A stretch of 64,000 bases of DNA from a virus, in the IMG/VR virus record IMGVR_UViG_3300045988_150172, one strand, 5' to 3'. The notes under the pieces were generated by a model, which searched no databases, was not told the DNA's origin, and saw only the letters and a list, made by a program, of their open reading frames with translations. The position numbers were made by a program, and so were the translations under genes. How positions within the stretch are numbered: the first letter of the stretch is position 1; every line of letters begins with the position of its first letter. Of the stretch, positions 60,182 through 64,000 are shown piece by piece.

Positions 60182-61699
60182 ATGGATTTGTTCAACTACA
60201 ATGGCAATGAAAATGCCAATCCGCTTGAGTCTATGTCCTCAGAGGAGATTCTCAAGGCGATGGAAGCTGGGCTGCTGACTGGAATGCAGTATGACAACCA
60301 GCTTAACAACGGTGGCGGTTTGAAACCAGAATCTTTGGATGGAGTTCTCAAGAATCTGGAGAATAGGCTTGACCAGCTTGTTTTCTGGAATGAACTCGGA
60401 AGACAGAGAATCGAAAATACCGTACATCAGTACAATCAGCTTTATAAGTATGGTCAGGAGGTGGGTATCTTCAATGTTGAGGGTGAAACTCCTACCGAAA
60501 CAGATTCCATCTACAGACGTAAGTCAGTAGTTGTGAAGTTCACAGGTGTTACTGGACAGGTAACTCATCCGGGAATGATTGTGAAGACAGTTGTAGGTTC
60601 TCTCTACACCAAGGAGGTTGAGAACAAGACAATTCTTCTTCAGACAATTCTTGACAAGAAAGTCATTGATGCTGATTCTAACAAAGTTCCTGAGGAGTTT
60701 GATGGTGTGTTTGCACAGCACGTTACAGGTATCAACGACATTACAGGCGGTCTTCTTGGTAAGACATCAGAGCAGGTTCTTGATGCGTATTTCGGTGATG
60801 TAGCCGTTATCAATGCAAATGGTTCAGTTCTTACTGATGCTCTTGTTGAGGATGCTGCACAGGCTGTTGTTAATGACCGAAACGGTATCATTGATCGTAT
60901 CGTATCATCTCCAGTTGTGTTCAACAACTATGTTAAACTCTTCCATGAGTCAAAACGTGTGATTGTTGGAATGCAGGGTGGTGTTGTAGGTGCTACGATG
61001 GGTCAGTCCGTTAATGACATTACAACTCAGTTTGGTAAGGTCGCCATCAAGGCTGATAAATACTTTGACTGGAATGCTCCAGTGAAGCTCGGTCGCGGTA
61101 AGACTTCTGATAAGGCTCCAAATGCTCCAGTTAGAGATGGTGCAGCAGCCGTTTCAGTTGCTGTTGATGCAAAGGGTCAGTTCGGTACAATGCACGCTGG
61201 AAACTACTTCTATGCAGTGGCAGCTGTTAATAGATACGGAGAGTCAGAGCTTGTACTTCTTAATGACGATGCACAGGCAGTAGGTGCAACACAGTCCGTA
61301 GCATTGAAGTTTACAGGTGCTGTTTCATCTGCATATCCTGAAACCTGCTATGTTATCTATCGTACTGAAGCCAATCCAGCAGATAAGAATGTTGCTGACT
61401 TCTATCCTATCTTTAAGGTGTCTAAGACTGAACTTATAGCAGGATGGGACGGTGCAAAAGCTGGTTCGGTTCATGATCGTAACAGATGGATTGCTGGAAC
61501 GAAGTCTGCTCTTGTTTACTTCAACGGTTCTGAGATGCTTGAGTATCTTGAACTTGGTGGTACGATGAAGCTTGACTATGCTATTGTCGGTCCTAGAAGA
61601 TCATTCTCAGTGCTGAATTACGGTACTCCGGTACTTTACCAGCCTGGAAAAATTGCTCGTATTGTCAATATTGGTAAGATCGGTCTTCCTACCCTTTAA
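60182..61699 (+). CDS. Major capsid protein candidate
   Basis: 505-aa ORF after protease and scaffold, followed by the strongest terminator in the module. Confidence 0.7.
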   Translation: MDLFNYNGNENANPLESMSSEEILKAMEAGLLTGMQYDNQLNNGGGLKPESLDGVLKNLENRLDQLVFWNELGRQRIENTVHQYNQLYKYGQEVGIFNVEGETPTETDSIYRRKSVVVKFTGVTGQVTHPGMIVKTVVGSLYTKEVENKTILLQTILDKKVIDADSNKVPEEFDGVFAQHVTGINDITGGLLGKTSEQVLDAYFGDVAVINANGSVLTDALVEDAAQAVVNDRNGIIDRIVSSPVVFNNYVKLFHESKRVIVGMQGGVVGATMGQSVNDITTQFGKVAIKADKYFDWNAPVKLGRGKTSDKAPNAPVRDGAAAVSVAVDAKGQFGTMHAGNYFYAVAAVNRYGESELVLLNDDAQAVGATQSVALKFTGAVSSAYPETCYVIYRTEANPADKNVADFYPIFKVSKTELIAGWDGAKAGSVHDRNRWIAGTKSALVYFNGSEMLEYLELGGTMKLDYAIVGPRRSFSVLNYGTPVLYQPGKIARIVNIGKIGLPTL

Positions 61700-61725
61700 T
61701 TGGGTTGATTCTGTGAAATGTTATC

Positions 61726-61757
61726 GGGGAGGGGTGGGTAACTCCCTCCCCATTTTT
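61726..61757 (+). terminator. Rho-independent terminator
   Basis: GGGGAGGG (61726-61733) pairs with CCCTCCCC (61744-61751), followed by ATTTTT. Confidence 0.8.
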
Positions 61758-61774
61758 AATTAAATAGATTTGTT

Positions 61775-62425
61775 ATGAAACTTTTTGATAAGAAAATAGG
61801 CAATCAAATAGTCAACTTTAATGGAAAAAAGGTTGCATTCGTTAATTCAGTGGCTGAGGTAGATGATGCTTTTGGTGCTGAAATTCTTAAGATGGGTTTT
61901 CCTGATATTTATGAATTTGGTAAACAGCCTGTCTATGAAACACCGAAGGAGATTCAGATGAAGACTAATTTTTCTGAAAAGGAAGAATGGTATAAAGGCG
62001 AGTGTTCACGTCTTCGTAATATAGCGGATTCTCGTAAGAAGCAGGTTGAGGACTTGGAAGCTGAGGTAAAACTTTGGAAGGAGGAGTATGAAAAGGAGAA
62101 AGCAGCTCGCTTGGCTCTTGTTGAGAATCTTTCTAAGGAAGACAAATCAACGTCTGAGGCGCTTGAGGAAGTTGGGTCAACACATGAGACATCTGATGAG
62201 GTTGAGCTAAACCAGTCTGAAAACGACGAGCAGGGCAGTGAAGAGGAAGTTAAGGGTGAGAATGTTTCAGGAGAGACATCTGATGAAGCCTTGCGTGAGG
62301 AGCTTGCTTCTTTGAAGAAGGACGAACTTCTTGCTTTTGCAAAGGATAACGGTCTTGAAGTTGATGGTCTTGATAAGAGAACAAAGGCTGAAATAATTGA
62401 ATACATTGTTGAATCGGTAGAATAA
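61775..62425 (+). CDS. Acidic coiled-coil protein with C-terminal Rho_N/SAP-like helix-extended-helix motif
   Basis: C-terminal LASLKKDELLAFAKDNGLEVDGLDKRTKAEIIEYIV. The minus-strand ORF 61954..62529 is treated as its shadow. Confidence 0.55.
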   Translation: MKLFDKKIGNQIVNFNGKKVAFVNSVAEVDDAFGAEILKMGFPDIYEFGKQPVYETPKEIQMKTNFSEKEEWYKGECSRLRNIADSRKKQVEDLEAEVKLWKEEYEKEKAARLALVENLSKEDKSTSEALEEVGSTHETSDEVELNQSENDEQGSEEEVKGENVSGETSDEALREELASLKKDELLAFAKDNGLEVDGLDKRTKAEIIEYIVESVE

Positions 62426-62431
62426 TTAGAC

Positions 62432-63232
62432 ATGGGACAGCTTGTCTTGACTTTGAAAACTAGAAAGAATGACGGTATGATGTTTAATCCGTCAGAGATA
62501 TTTGCACTGTATCTGTATGGTATAACCATTCAGGGCGGAGATGGAACGGCCTTCAGTAATGAAAGTATGCGTTTCTATATACAGTCAGCACAGCAGGAGG
62601 TGGAGAGTTTCTTTAATCTTAAGCTTCTGAAGCAGTTTATTAGTCAGGAAAAGCTAACATTCTATCGCGCTGACTATTGGCAGCAGTTCCCTATATTGTT
62701 TACGAATTACCCTGTCAACAAGCCTATATCGTTGACAGGGCGATTCAATAACATTGAGCAGATTTCCTACCCTACAGAGTGGCTTACTACACATCAAAAC
62801 AGTTATGGCCTTTATAAGAGGAGGGTGTCTATTGTTCCTACGGGAAGTGCTACCTGTCAGGCTAATGCTGAAGTCATTCTTTCAGGCATCACTACACAGC
62901 TTGGAAGTCAGAGATTTAGGATGATTCCGGATTATTGGTCGTTTCAATACATTTCTGGATTTGATCTTGATACGATGCCATTGGACTTGATTAATTTGAC
63001 AGGAAAATTAGCATGCTTCGGACCGCTTAACATTGCAGGAGATCTGATTCTCGGTGCAGGTATTGCAAGCCAGAGTCTTGGTGTTGATGGGTTGAGTCAG
63101 GGTATTTCATCTACTAGTAGTGCGACAAATGCTGGATACGGTGCTCGTATCACCGCTTATCAAAAGGAAATTGCTGATTCTGTCAAGCGTTTGAAGTTAG
63201 TGTATGATGAAATAAAGATGGTTGTATGCTAA
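62432..63232 (+). CDS. Hypothetical virion-module protein (266 aa), possible head-completion/adaptor
   Basis: Called on position only. Confidence 0.5.
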   Translation: MGQLVLTLKTRKNDGMMFNPSEIFALYLYGITIQGGDGTAFSNESMRFYIQSAQQEVESFFNLKLLKQFISQEKLTFYRADYWQQFPILFTNYPVNKPISLTGRFNNIEQISYPTEWLTTHQNSYGLYKRRVSIVPTGSATCQANAEVILSGITTQLGSQRFRMIPDYWSFQYISGFDLDTMPLDLINLTGKLACFGPLNIAGDLILGAGIASQSLGVDGLSQGISSTSSATNAGYGARITAYQKEIADSVKRLKLVYDEIKMVVC

Positions 63233-63252
63233 CATTGACTGAAATATACCTG

Positions 63253-63906
63253 ATGAAGTCCTATAAGTACATTCGTCGTGAGTGGCGTAATGGACGATGG
63301 AGGTATTGGTATGATGATGTAAAAGATAAATTTGTTAGAGGACGATATGGACAGATTCTTAGGAATTTTGTTGGTGATCCTCGACAAGCTTTTAAGGCAC
63401 TTTTTAGGGGAAAAACTGGTCAAGCATACGATGTTGTAAAAATAAAGCTTCCAGCAATAGATGTTGATGAAAATGGTAGGCCTTATCAAGTTTATCAAAC
63501 TGGAGGGGAACCATTGCTGGTTGAGACTCCAATAGATATGATTTGGGGTAATGTAGATAAAGGTTTGAAACATATTCTTTTGCGACATTTTGTTCAACAG
63601 AATGATTTTTCATCTATTCAAAATGTGGAAGATGTACTTACTTATAATTTGATCAGATTTCAAAAATATCCTTCTTCATTTGAAGTCAAATTTAATGAAA
63701 GATCTGGAGCATATGAATTGCTTAATCAAAGAGGTGAATCCTTTGTTATTAGCGTGGAAGTGTCTAAAGATTTATATGGGAATCAAATTGTGCGGCATTT
63801 TATTTTGACTTCCTATGATTCTTCTAGGAGTAAAAATTCCAAAATTATTGAAGATGAGAATACGCGACGTAGTCATTTTGAACAAATAAACCAGACAAGG
63901 TATTGA
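63253..63906 (+). CDS. Hypothetical protein; KHILLRH motif suggests a possible BECR-fold RNase-like domain
   Basis: N-terminal YKYIRREWRNGRWRYWYDD, central NVDKGLKHILLRHF. Track ORF 63226 trimmed to ATG 63253. The function call is weak. Confidence 0.4.
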   Translation: MKSYKYIRREWRNGRWRYWYDDVKDKFVRGRYGQILRNFVGDPRQAFKALFRGKTGQAYDVVKIKLPAIDVDENGRPYQVYQTGGEPLLVETPIDMIWGNVDKGLKHILLRHFVQQNDFSSIQNVEDVLTYNLIRFQKYPSSFEVKFNERSGAYELLNQRGESFVISVEVSKDLYGNQIVRHFILTSYDSSRSKNSKIIEDENTRRSHFEQINQTRY

Positions 63907-63917
63907 TTTGTCTGGTT
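63889..63917 (+). terminator. Terminator-like hairpin overlapping the stop codon
   Basis: AACCAGACAA (63889-63898) pairs with TTGTCTGGTT (63908-63917). The T-tract is weak. Confidence 0.5.
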
Positions 63918-64000
63918 TATATAAGGAATTTAGGAATTTGCTTAAAGCGTCATGCTCTCTAAATTTACGTAATGAACCTGTACTTACTCATTACAACCTT

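Overview
This 64-kb window looks like part of a large dsDNA phage, possibly a phage-plasmid, of a Bacteroidota host. Nearly all genes are on the + strand and tightly packed. Shine-Dalgarno sequences are absent, and the recognisable promoters carry the Bacteroidota -7 element TAnnTTTG. Region 1-22 kb is a replication/recombination module: intein-containing DnaE, a gp32-like candidate, SbcD, RecA, SbcC, a RuvC-like resolvase, NAD-dependent ligase, SNF2 helicase, RNase H, a UvrD-like helicase and GroEL. It also holds two effector-like cassettes at 11-14.5 kb. Region 22-45 kb has three tandem BACON-domain proteins, Dps, an ECF sigma factor, and a DnaA-domain-IV-like protein beside a 0.9-kb repeat-rich non-coding region. 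It also contains a GC-richer mosaic block of small ORFs with a J-domain protein, a second UvrD-like helicase, holin plus glucosaminidase, HU and a HAD phosphatase. Region 45.3-48.8 kb is the only minus-strand island and ends in a Rep_3-like initiator with 22-bp iterons. Region 49-64 kb has a structured-RNA/tRNA-like locus, two large modular proteins, and a head module (portal, MuF-like, Nudix, protease, scaffold, capsid). The strongest candidates for something new are: (1) a conserved peptide, SGVYxDTxENRRLHRVGQxYG, heading four otherwise different proteins, including a papain-like effector and a RelA/SpoT-like nucleotidyltransferase, the former followed directly by a small partner ORF and the latter with a frameshifted copy of that ORF two genes downstream, with an HD alarmone-hydrolase gene nearby; (2) a plasmid-type Rep/iteron replicon inside a phage genome; (3) a promoter/operator cassette present in at least 16 copies. 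All functional calls come from motifs read by eye. No database search, HMM or RNA folding was run.
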